A stretch of DNA of 64,000 nucleotides, taken from NCBI GenBank assembly GCA_951406725.2, contig OX597815.1, positions 27,466,001 to 27,530,000 of the forward strand, read 5' to 3'. The position numbers and the translations under genes were made by a program. The notes under the pieces are model-generated. The model was not told the origin of the DNA, ran no database searches, and saw nothing but the letters and a program-made list of their open reading frames with translations. The DNA is from Octopus vulgaris. Its lineage: Eukaryota. Positions 52,395 to 64,000 of the stretch are shown here, in pieces (within the stretch, counting starts at the first letter, position 1; every line of letters begins with the position of its first letter).

Positions 52395-52611
52395 AGCACC
52401 ATCCGATCGTGGCTGTTGCCAGCCTCGACTGGCACGTAAAAAGCACCCACTACACTCACGGAGTGGTTGGCGTTAGGAAGGGCATCCAGTTGTAGAAACA
52501 CTGCCAGATCAGACTGAAGCCTGGTGCAGCCTCCTGGCTTCCCAGACCCCAGTTGAACCGTCCAATCCATGCTAGCATGGAAAGCGGACATTAAACGATG
52601 ATGATGATGAT
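52395..52611 (+). mobile_element. RTE 3' UTR (family B, young)
   Basis: Near-consensus sequence with tail. Confidence 0.88.
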
Positions 52612-54629
52612 TGCAGCTACTAGATATTGCATTCAGTGTAAATTGCAATTATAAAGCATAAGGCTGAATAAGAACAAAACAAACAATTGCTGGTCCAACT
52701 GTTGTTCTTTCTGCTTTTTTTCATTTTATACTAGTATTTTTTAATTTATAGACAAATTTTATTGCCCGTATGTTTTAATGGAATGAGACAATTGGGCACA
52801 GTTATTCGGATACTGACATCTTGGCCTGGCTGACTGGATGTTCAGTCTGTGTTGGTGACAGTACTTTTTGGTACTGGAGTCAAACATACATACTTGTGCA
52901 CTGAATTATAATGTTGGCAGACCAACTATATGTGCATTGAATTATAGACATACAGAGGAAGACATTACAATTTATCATTTGAACATGTTCATATACATAA
53001 AGAGAAATATGTTCACATAAACAAAGAGAGAGAGAGAGAGGAGAGAATGAGAGAAACATTAAGATGTCTGGTGTCAAATAAGTCAGCATCGGATCAGTGA
53101 TGCCGAATGGGCAGGGCCAAAATGGCTGTGCCAAGACATCTTTTAGATACTTATTTTTATATACACATAAAATGCTCAAATAAACAACAAAGAAATTTTA
53201 GTATTTTCCATGGGTGTTCTGTGCTCTCTGGAGGTTTTAAGTGATATTTTGTTGTATTGATTCATTAGTATCACAGTAGACTTTGGTGAATGCATGGAAA
53301 CATGAGAATTCTTGATTTATGGTATTAACATGGTTAATGCCATAGAGAAGCAGCAGAACAAATTTGCTTGCTACTTAATGAGAATTCATTATTAGTGTTC
53401 TTTACTAATGAGATGTTAGAAGTATCTCAAATTCTATAATTTCCCCACCTCAGTGTAGGGTCTGTTAATCCCTACCCCTCTAGAGATAGATTATTTGAAG
53501 TTGGCAGGCATATAATAGAAAGCCATTGTTGAATTTATTGGGGCTGAACACCACCAATACTGGTCACTTGAATGAGTTTTTTTTTTTTCCTTGTTTTATT
53601 TATTTATTTATTTTGGAACATGGGAGTGGTCTGGTAGCTGCTTGCTGATATTATTTTCCTGCCTTTCCCAAAATAGAGCTACTAATTAATTTTTCCTATC
53701 CTCTAAAATGATTCTGTTCTCCTCAGCCAAGTCATCGCTACTCATTCATCCCCGAGTTTAGATTTCACTGAATCACTTCCTCAGTGCTTCACTTATTCTA
53801 GCAATTTTGCCAGTCCAGCTCTGCTCTGGGTCAGAATAACAAAGTTCTTTGTTCTCTAGAGTAATTATTAATATTCGAGAAAGCTTTGAATGTTATGAAA
53901 AGAGAAACAGCCCTTGGGGGATATTACATTGATGCCATTGTCTGTAAATCTGAACATTTTTCACAAAACATGGTAGTTGATTATTTCAGTACATTGAAAC
54001 ATTTGTGGAAAATGTGTCTTTTGAGGATAAATGAACTCTGGCTATGAAGAAATAATATTTGTAAATGTTATTTAAATATTTGATCAAACCATGTATTCAT
54101 CGCTGTTCTAAATTACTGTTTCAGAGATAATCTTCAAGGTTTTTGTTCTTCTGGTAACTAATTTCTTATTATTCCTATTAATCTGATGTTCTCTCTGGTG
54201 ATTGAATCTAGTGCAGCTGTTTATAAAATGCATAAGCTGTCTTAGCATATTAATAATTTATGTGCTTAGCTGATAGTAAAAGTTATCTATTCTGAAGAAT
54301 GGAAGAATAATTAACTTGATGTTAAACAACTGTGGAAGACTCATTTGAATAAAACAGACATTAATGATGCAATATATTTCTGAACCTTGTATTTAAAGTA
54401 CTACATTAACATGTTTTAAGAAAACTGTGTAATGTAACACTGTATCTCAAATATGATGGTCGCTCCTGTCGGTTTCAACATATGAGTGTTTGAAGGAGAG
54501 GTCTTAAAGTTGAGGGGTGGGGAAATGCTAAGCAGCTGCATCTATCTGTGATGGGTGTGTAAATGTAATTTCAATCCAGGTATGTTCTCAGGTGTGTAAA
54601 TGTAATTTCAGTCCAGGTATGGATTTTGC

Positions 54630-54895
54630 TATGAAAACCCAATGAGAACATTGCTGATTTTCGTTTTACCCGGGATTGGGCAATTGTGTCTGTTGGTTGC
54701 GGGATATAGTTCTTCTATTGTTCTTTTTCTTCAGCTCAAATCGTTTGATGCATTGTGACACATTTGGGCAATGGCTTTCCCACGATGTCAGGTTAAGCTG
54801 TAGAGATTTTAGTGATTGTTTCAATTTATTCTTATACCTAAGGAGAAGTCTTCCTTTGCTGTGCTATCCCTCCACTTGTTGGCTGTGATTAGGAA
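54630..54895 (-). mobile_element. Decayed RTE (BovB-like) C-terminal fragment
   Basis: SQQVEG*HSKGRLLLRYKNKLKQSLK...SWE...KRFE. Confidence 0.55.
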
Positions 54896-57800
54896 AATTC
54901 ATAACATGCTTGAAGCTACACTGTAGCAAACCATAGTTTCTTTCAGATCACACATAAATATACAGAACTACATTAGCATGAATAAATCTGAATAATTTCT
55001 TAGTGTTTACTACTCTGTCAGGGTGGGAAGTCAGTATCCTTGACCCTTTATTTCTAAGACTGGTGTGCTGATTGGAGGGATTTATCCTCAAATCAGAGAC
55101 CCTGCCTAAATGCTTACAGTGGAAGTAACCCCACTAAAGATACCAAGTGACCTGGTGGTGTGTTAAACTAGGTGGTAGAATAAATCTGCTGCCTAAGAAC
55201 TCAGAATGTAAAGACCTAAAACATCTACAACAAGGCATACTTTTCCATCTAACAATTCTAGCAACCCTCTGTTCTTGACTGGTATTTTATTGACCTCAAA
55301 AGATAAAGTTGATTTTGGTGAGATTTGAACTCAGAATGTAGCTAGCTGGAACAACTACTATTAAGGTATGTTGTTCTATACATTAATGAATCTGTCAGTT
55401 CGCTTCCTGTTATTTGACTGTTGAGTGTAATTGTGGTAAAGATGGCCAACACCATAGATTACAATTCTAGCTAAGATATATTAATTTGATAGGCTTAATT
55501 TCTTTTCTTCTCTTGAAATCACTTCAACAACTTCAACAATACCCCACACACAACTTCTAAGTGAAGAGAAATGGAAGATTGATATTAATGTATCTGATTG
55601 ACTTAGCTCTAAATCATGAGTGTCAAACTCCTTTGGCTTTGCAGGCCAGATTGAAACAAACTTAATTTTGAAGACCAGATAGGGATAATTATTCCTAAAA
55701 ACCCTATTCATAATGTGAGCCTAAAGTAGATAGATGGATATAGTGAATGATATATATTGAAACAACTTTGTTAACAAATTATAAGGTGTTAGCAGAGATG
55801 TGTGAGAAAATTTCATCCAGATGGTATATATATATTGTTGTATTAAGTAAGAATGCTTAGATAGGTACAGAGACAGTAATTGTTGAAATAAATACATAAA
55901 GTTCTTGAGAAGAGAAATGCTTGATAAAAAGCTTGCAATGTTTCAGCAGCAAAATCTTTCAATATCATTCATATCATTAAAATCCATTTGGACAAACATG
56001 TGCATAAATTTAATTTTTAAAAATCCATTTGACTTGGTGTCTAATAAGCATAGTGAGAGGGAAATAGGTCACGTCTTATAGCTTATAGATTCATAAGCTT
56101 CTTTTACATTGGGTGAAATAACAAGATTCCCTAATGTGCATTGATTTCACTAATGGGAATCACCACCACCACCACCACCACCCACCTTTCCTACTGATCA
56201 CTGCTCCCTTTGGGGTTTATAATCTTGCAAGCCACATGGCAACCTCACTAGTGCTGGTGGCTTGTAAAAAAAAAACACCCAGCATACACAGTTAAGTGGT
56301 TGGCATTAAGAAGGGCACTGACCCATAAAAACCACCCAAAAGCAGACATTGGAATATGATGCAGTCCTTCGACTCATTGGATTCTTCAACCTGTTCAACC
56401 CATGCCAGCATGGAACATGGATATTAAATGATGATGGTAACTCTAGTTGGGCTCTGAGCACGTGTTAATGAAATATATTTTACAGAATATTTTAAAATCA
56501 AAAATAATAATAAATATTTTATTATATAACATTAAGCTGGGACCACACTTAAACATTGCCGTAAGTTGGATCTAGCAGACAGGCTGTATACATGACACTT
56601 TTGATCTAAGCTGTAATCAACACCTTATATCTCTAAGTCCAGTTCCCACTAGAATTAGCTTTTGTTTTTATCCATCCAAGGTTAATAAAAATTTGAACTA
56701 TCAATATACTGTTATTGAATTATTTCATTTGTCCTTTACAAAATAGTCTTTCTGCCTGAAAGAGATATCACTGCTCTTACTATAAACTTAATTGGTATAG
56801 ATTTTTTTTCAAAGTATAAAATTCTAATTGAGGGTTTGAGCATAGTATTAAAGAACACACCCACTCTGAATTCCTGAGCATCTTGTATGTGTAGATAAAT
56901 AGATGTGTAGATAAATGATATAAAATATGTGTAGATAAATGATATAAAATATCATTTAGTAGAAATAATTTTCAGTTATCATACATCACGAGTATCTACC
57001 AGCAAAATATGCATCATCTGGCAATTTTTTTTTTTTTATGTGTTATTCTTTTGCCAGTTCTGTTCATTGGACAGCGACCATACTGACACATCACCTTCAA
57101 GATTTTAGTACATCATACTGACCCCAGTCTGATACTGATTCCATCAACTTCTCTTTTCTGGATTTAAATGCCACAAAATATATTGCACCGATTTTCACCG
57201 GAATATTTATTCATTCATTCTGGTGGAGCAAGAAAGAGAAAAAGAAACAGATGCCTAGTTTGAACCAAATTTCACTGACAAAGCATTAGTTTCTCCCAGA
57301 GTTATGGTGAAAGACCAATGCATACAGTTCTGCAAAGTGGGATTGAACTCAAAGCCACATGGTTGTAAAGTGAACATCTCGACCACACAGCTAGGCTTGC
57401 ACTGTGTTCTTTGAGTTTCTTTCCAAATAATTCTATAATGAATTTAGCCGTTATGTGTACACTGATCTATCAGCTTACCATTTTTATTATAGAAAGAAGT
57501 AAAACCTGATTTCTTCAACCTTTTATTCTGTTTGCATCTTGTTAAAATAGTTTTGTCTTCTTTACTCTGGAAACATCTATTCTTCTGATTGCTGTCAGAA
57601 GATTTTGTTTGAGTTTCGTACAATGTAAGCATTATTTTGGCTTCTTGTTTGGTAGGTATGTTCATTAGATCCAAGCAAGTTTGCTTGCATGTAGCTTGGA
57701 CAGGTGTTTTTTGTTGTTCTTTTTTCTTCTCTAAACACTATTTGTAATCTCAGTTGTTGGTTTCTTTACTGTACACATATTAGAATTAGGTTTAATAATA

Positions 57801-58529
57801 ATATATCATTATCTATTTCTTCTCTTGAAATATTTTTTGTTTTAAATTAAATCTGAACATTTTGAATAATTCTGAATATTTTCTTTGTTATCTAAGCTTA
57901 TTTCAAGAAACCATGCTGTGCTACTGAAGTCAAAGTAACTCTGGATCAATGATGCACAGTGAATTTTGAAAAAAAGTTTCTTTCTTAACAATGCCATTTT
58001 GGTTTCTGAACAGAAATTTTAATTCTAGATTCCTCTTTTGCATTGTTCAATTTGTTTTTTTCTTTAAAACTGAATGCTTTATCTCTTCATTTTGGTTTAG
58101 TGGATTCCTTCTTTAGGGGAAAAATATTTGAATATCTGAGTGTTAGGAAGCTGAAATAGTCGATTCCTTGACAAGTCTATAAAATGTTGTGGTAGGTTTA
58201 GTACTGAGAATAGAACAGAATGGAATAATTTAATACGGCATGTGGTTTAGCCGCACTTCAGTGTATTTCATTATTACAGAGGGTGGTGCTGAAGAATTGC
58301 AATTCTTCACAATAAAACCAACCATTATCGGGTCTTTGTTTCTTTGGGTAATGAAATCTATAAACATTAGATAATGCACAATTGCATAAACATGTGTATG
58401 CATATATGTATGTATGCACTTTTGAGAGACGGAGAGCACAAACACTTAAGGAATGTATGAATATTAATGGAATTCTAACTAGTGTCTATGTGTTCTGCTT
58501 GCGAGTGTGTGTGTATGTATGAATGCAGC

Positions 58530-58920
58530 TAAGGATGCAGGTATGACTGTGCAATTAAGAAGTTCACTTTGCAATCATGAGACTCCAGGTTTGATCTCAC
58601 TACATGGCACCTTAGGTTAGTATCTTTCACTAAGGCCCCAGGTTGACTTAAGTCTTGTTTATATAGATGCAGGCATGGCTGTGTAGTTAAGAAGCTTGCT
58701 CTGTAGTCACATGGATTGGGGTTCTGTTCCACTGTGCAACACTTTGAACAAGTGTCTTCTATAATAGCCCTGAGCCAATCAAATCCTTGTGAGTGAATTT
58801 GGTAGGCAGAAACTGCATGGAAGCATGTTGTGTGTATATGTGTGTTCCAAGTACCGGGTCAATTTGTTCAACTATAACCCTTCAAGGCAGTGCTCTAGCA
58901 TGGCCATAATGCAAAGATAA
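58530..58920 (+). mobile_element. Two old SINE A pieces
   Basis: Two tRNA-like heads. Confidence 0.72.
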
Positions 58921-59147
58921 AAAGTAAATGAAATTGAATAGATGGAAACCATGTGGAAGCCCTTCAGGCAGACTGAACTAGTAATAATACAACAGGTCAG
59001 CTTTGTTACACTATGTCTACTCAAAGATTACATTAATGGTGCACAGGAATACTCAGACACTTTTATGCTAATACAGTAAAGTAACTGAGTTGATCAAAAA
59101 CCTGAGAATAAGAAATATATGAACATTATTGGAATGTATGCCTGGTA

Positions 59148-59787
59148 GATATTTCTTTATTGCCCACAAGGGGCTACACACAGAGGGGACAACAAGGACA
59201 GACAAACAGCTTAAGTCGATTATATCAACCCTAGTGCGTAACTGGTACTTATTTAATCAACCCCAAAAGGATGAAAGGCAAAGTCGACCTTGGCGGAATT
59301 TGAACTCAGAACGTAGCGGCAGTCGAAATATGTATTTCTTTACTACCCACAAGGGGCTAAACACAGAGAGGACAAACAAGGACAGACAAACAGATTAAGT
59401 CGATTATATCAACCCCAGTGCATAACTGGTACTTATTTAATCAACCCTGAAAGGATGAAAAGCAAAGTTGACCTCGGTGGAATTTGAACTCAGAACATAG
59501 CGGCAGACGAAATACCGCTAAGCATTTTGCCCGGCGTGCTAACGTTTCTGCCAGCCTGTCGCTGTGGTAGATATTCCTTTCTACTATAGGCACAAGGCCT
59601 GAAATTTTGGGAGAGAAAGCTAGTCAATTGCATCGCCCGCACTGCTTGACTGGTGCTTATTTTATCAACTCCAAAAGGATGAAAGGCAAAGTCAACCTTG
59701 GCAGAATTTGAACTCAGAATATAAAAACAGAAAATACTGCTAAGCAGGTTTTCTGACATGCTAATGATTCTGCCAGCTTGCCACCTT
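59148..59787 (-). mobile_element. SINE C cluster: head plus tandem bodies (59148-59562) and another copy (59570-59787)
   Basis: Repeated ~180-bp bodies. Confidence 0.9.
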
Positions 59788-60295
59788 ATGTCTGGTATAT
59801 TCTTGTTTCTTGAGAGTTTGTCTGGCTCCCCTCACTATCATTGTTACTTCCTTTCCGCCCCTCCCTATATAATGTGGGGTAGCTATGTATCTCCTCTTAT
59901 AGCAAGACACTTGTACTTGTCCCTCTATCACATTTTAACCTTTCAATGTCAGGTATTAAGTCACATACCCCTCCCAAATACTCACCCACCCACTCTATTT
60001 AATTATAGGGATCCCCCATAGACACTCACACACACACACCATTTCCCCATTGTTTTTCTGTCTTGCAGCTTATTTGGCAACCTCACTGGTGCTGGCTACA
60101 TGAAAAAAAAAAAGCAGGCAGTACACACTTAAGTGGTTGGCATTAGGAAAGGCATCCAGCTGTAGAAACCACGTCAGAGTTGATATTGGAACTTAGTGTG
60201 ACCCTGTAGCTTGCCATGATCCTACCGAACCGGCCAATCCATGCCAGCATGGAAAACAGACGTTAAATGATTGTGTTGATGATATGTATGTGTGA

Positions 60296-60700
60296 AGGCG
60301 GCGAGCTGGCAGAAACGTTAGCACGCCGGGTGAAATGCGTAGCCGTATTTCGTATGCCGTTACGTTCTGAGTTCAAATTCCGCCGAGGTCGACTTTGCCT
60401 TTCATCATTTCGGGGTCGATTAAATAAGTACCAGTTATGCACTGGGGTCGATATAATCGACTTAATCCGTTTGTCTGTCCTTGTTTGTCCCCTCTATATT
60501 TAGCCCCTTGTGGGTAATAAAGAAATACGTATTTCGTCTGCCGTTACGTTCTGAGTTCAAATTCCGCCGAGGTCGACTTTGCCTTTCCTCCTTTCGGGGT
60601 CGATTAAATAAGTACCAGTTACGCATTGGGGTCGATATAACCGACTTAATCCGTTTGTCTTTCCCCTCTGTGTGTAGCCCCTTGTGGGTAGTAAAGAAAT
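60296..60700 (+). mobile_element. SINE C head plus two tandem bodies, CpG-intact
   Basis: ggcggcgagctggcagaa, gagttcaaattcc; body repeated from ~60529. Confidence 0.92.
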
Positions 60701-61254
60701 AGATATGTATGTGTGAAAGTGTGTGTGTGTGTGTACCTACGCGCGCGCAAGAACATGTGCACACGAGGTACTTTCAACCGCTAAACTGCTACAGTTCAAA
60801 CTAAGCATTAAACTCATTCTAATCTCGTCCAAGTTAACCTTATCTTTTGGCGATTGGTGATTGTAGGACTGAGACGTGAATGTATTGAGTCTGTACGAAG
60901 GTAGAGAGGAAAAAAAAAAATAGATGAATGGACTTTGGATGAAAAAGCATGGTTGGGTTTTTATGCGTGTGTGTATAGGAGAGAGAGAGAATACGTTTAA
61001 GCGAAGAAAGAAGGTAACTATGAGATAAATGGATATCAGTGTGTGTGAAATAGATATTTTGAACGCCGAAGGTATGTATGTATGACTTGTGCTATGTTCG
61101 TATGTGTGTGTGTTGCTGCCTATATTTGACAGCTAGCGATGTAAATGTAGTGTATATATATTTTGGCTACAGAGTTTTGAGTTCTGGCAATGTAAATTAG
61201 CAACAAGAAACCTTCACTGTAGATGGCAGTAGCAGTATTCTTTTCTTGTATGGG

Positions 61255-61443
61255 CAGGGTGGTGGTGCTGGTGGTGGTGTTGGTGGTGGTGCTGGTGGTG
61301 GTGTTGGTGGTGGTGGTATCTTCATCCCCCATTTATCTAACTCTTTATCACCAGTACTAACACCATCATCACCCCACCACCACCACAACGTACCTCTACC
61401 CTTCGCCTGATTACCAACACATTACCCTCATTACCACTATCAA

Positions 61444-61480
<37 letters not shown>

Positions 61481-61977
61481 CTTGTCTTTGCCCTAGAACC
61501 TACCATCATCATCATCGTCGTCGTCATCATTATTGACGAGCCATTTGGAGGCGCGCTATTTTTAGCAAGTTGAACGACCTGCTAAAAAGAGCAGCTAACT
61601 CTCTCACTCGAACCCCCCCCCCCCCCACTCCACCTGTCTTACAAAAAAAAAAAAAAGACATCAAGTAATGTAGTGCTAAATTTCCTGCACATTGGAAAAA
61701 CGGGCGGGCTGGTCACGCTTGGAAAGCTTCTCAACAGAGTTCTTGCTCAATCAGGGCTAATTTAAGACTTATAAACATCAACAATAGCATTAAATAACAA
61801 TACCACTATCATCATCATCATCATCATCAACAGCAGCAGCAACAGCATCCTTATTAACGACAACCATTTTCATCATTAATACTCTTTTTTTTTTTGGCTT
61901 GGCCTCGTTATATCATCATCATATATATACATATACCATCATCAATTATTATCAATACCATCATCACTATCATCCTT

Positions 61978-62064
<87 letters not shown>

Positions 62065-62372
62065 TGACGATGATGATGATACTAGTACAACAAGCAACAA
62101 TTAAGAACAGTACACACGCACACACATACAATAACGTGTGTGTGTGTGTGTGTATGTGTGTGTGTGTGCGTGTGTGTGTGTGTACATATATATATATATA
62201 GGTGAAAAGAAAGAAAAATCAAGGAGGTGAAGATGGGTTGGAAGGGTGGGGACCTAATTAGACTAAGTCTTTCAAACAAGATAACCCTGCTCCCTGTATA
62301 GGCACACTTACTATTTCATCCCCTCTTTCTCTCTCTCTCTCTCTCCTCTAGACAGACTACCGGAACTTTGTA

Positions 62373-62426
<54 letters not shown>

Positions 62427-64000
62427 ATATACTGTTTCAGAAGTATTTGTCTGTTGTTGATCCCTTTCCTCTCTTTTCAGCATCACTACCACTACCCCAT
62501 CGCCTTCCAGCCCCGCCTCGACCCTCCCATAAAAACTCCTTCCCCCACAACAGCTGCCGCCCCTCGCCTTCACCACCACCACCACCGCCGCCGCCGCCAC
62601 AGCTGCCTGTACTGTTATCGCGTCAACACCACCAACGCCACCACCACCAGCACGCTACCTTCGTAGTCATCGTCACTAGCACCACCACCACCGTCATCAC
62701 CACCATCGTCATCACTATCACCATCGTCAATGTCATTTGTATCATCAACACCATCTCTGCTAACTCCAGTACCGTTAACATCATGTGCTCGCATCACCTT
62801 TTACTTCCCAATGAAACCATTATTACTTCTGCGATAATTAACATCATCAACAATTACCTTCACCACCACCACCACCGCCGCTATCGCCAATATCACCGCC
62901 ACCACATCACCTCTGCCTCAATTTACCAATACTATTTTCTAACACAAATACTACCAACACATTAACACGTCTGCCACCACTAACACTTCCATTACCATCA
63001 CCCACCACCACCACCACCACCACTAACACTGCCTCTACTACCATTGCGTTACCTCTACCATGGCTAACACCACTACTTTTCCCCCGCCACTACCCATACC
63101 AATCACCACCATCACCTCTACCTCAACTTACACCACTACGTTATCTCAACAGATACCACGAGCACATTGCTTAACCTAACACCATCACCACATTGCCTCC
63201 ATCCATCCTCACTATATTACCTCCAGCAACACCAATACGTTATCGCTGCCTCCAGCAATAACACCAACACATTACCTCCACCAACACCACCAACATATTA
63301 CCTCCTCCTCCACCAAACACCAACACATTACCTCCACCAACACCACCACTGCACTAACTCCACCTCCATCCACACCACCACCACCAATACATTACCTCCA
63401 CCCACACTACCACCACATTCCCCACCAACACCACCAACATATTACCTCCTCCTCCACCAACATCCCCACCATATTGCCTCCACTAACACCACCACTGCAC
63501 TAACTCCACCGCCATCCACACCACCACAATACATTACCTCCACCCACACTACCACCACATTCCCCCAGCAACACCACCAATATATTACCTCCTTCTCCAC
63601 TAACATCCCCACCATATTTACTCCACTAACACCACCACTGCACTAACTCCACCTCCATCCACACCACCACCAATACATTAACTCCACCCACACTACCACC
63701 ACATTCCCCCACCGACACCACCACCACATCCACATCAAGCAACAACACCAACACATTACCTCCACCAATATCACCACCAAATTACTCCCACCTCTACCAA
63801 TACCCCCACTACATTGCCTTTACCTCCACCAACACCATCACTGCATTACCTCCAACTCTACCGACACCGCCACATTACCTTTACTTCCATTAACACCATT
63901 TCCACATTATCTTCACCAACACCAACACCATATTACCCCAACTCACCCATTACCTCCACCTCCATCACATTACCTCTACCTCCACCAACACCACCACCAT
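61255..64000. repeat. Trinucleotide-rich low-complexity region, (ACC/CAT/CTA)n, ending in a degenerate CA-rich minisatellite
   Basis: Directly visible; units such as caccaccactgcactaactccacc recur at ~63340, 63490, 63630. Confidence 0.9.

Noticed and set aside
52425-52500. Twister-like ribozyme upstream of the aggaagggcatcc motif in family B
   Set aside because: Twister core nucleotides and pseudoknots could not be found.
54555-54621. 30-bp tandem duplication containing caggtatg splice-donor-like motifs
   Set aside because: Simple slippage duplication with no supporting exon.
57444-57720. Third Penelope-like coding remnant
   Set aside because: Resemblance is too weak to support without a search.
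482-63646. The many 60-200 aa ORFs as host genes
   Set aside because: They are translations of microsatellites (HT/YI/CV runs), SINEs or TE fragments. No coherent exon or host protein motif was recognised.
62417-63646. Pro/His/Thr-rich mucin- or extensin-like ORFs
   Set aside because: They arise from ACC/CAC low-complexity DNA that lacks stop codons by composition.

Overview
AT-rich, repeat-saturated, apparently non-coding eukaryotic DNA. The SINE/RTE repertoire and microsatellite density look like an Octopus (coleoid cephalopod) intron or intergenic region; this is an inference, not a database result. No host exon or intact gene was recognised, and nearly all ORF-track entries are microsatellite or SINE artefacts. 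Recognisable content: many tRNA-derived SINEs of at least 4 families, RTE LINE fragments whose 3' UTR is the commonest repeat here, HERO-like and R4/Dong-like fragments, two Penelope-like GIY-YIG remnants, decayed mariner and Tc1 transposases, hAT/piggyBac/pogo-type MITEs, and Helitron/Helentron pieces. The most notable signal is at least 7 minimal type I hammerhead-ribozyme motifs from about 4 different short element families, mostly sitting in TA/CA microsatellites. One family shares a non-canonical CUGU(A/U)GA-type core, and two motifs have long stem II inserts. There are also several young local duplications and inversions of unique-looking DNA. All coordinates were read by eye; repeat boundaries are approximate.
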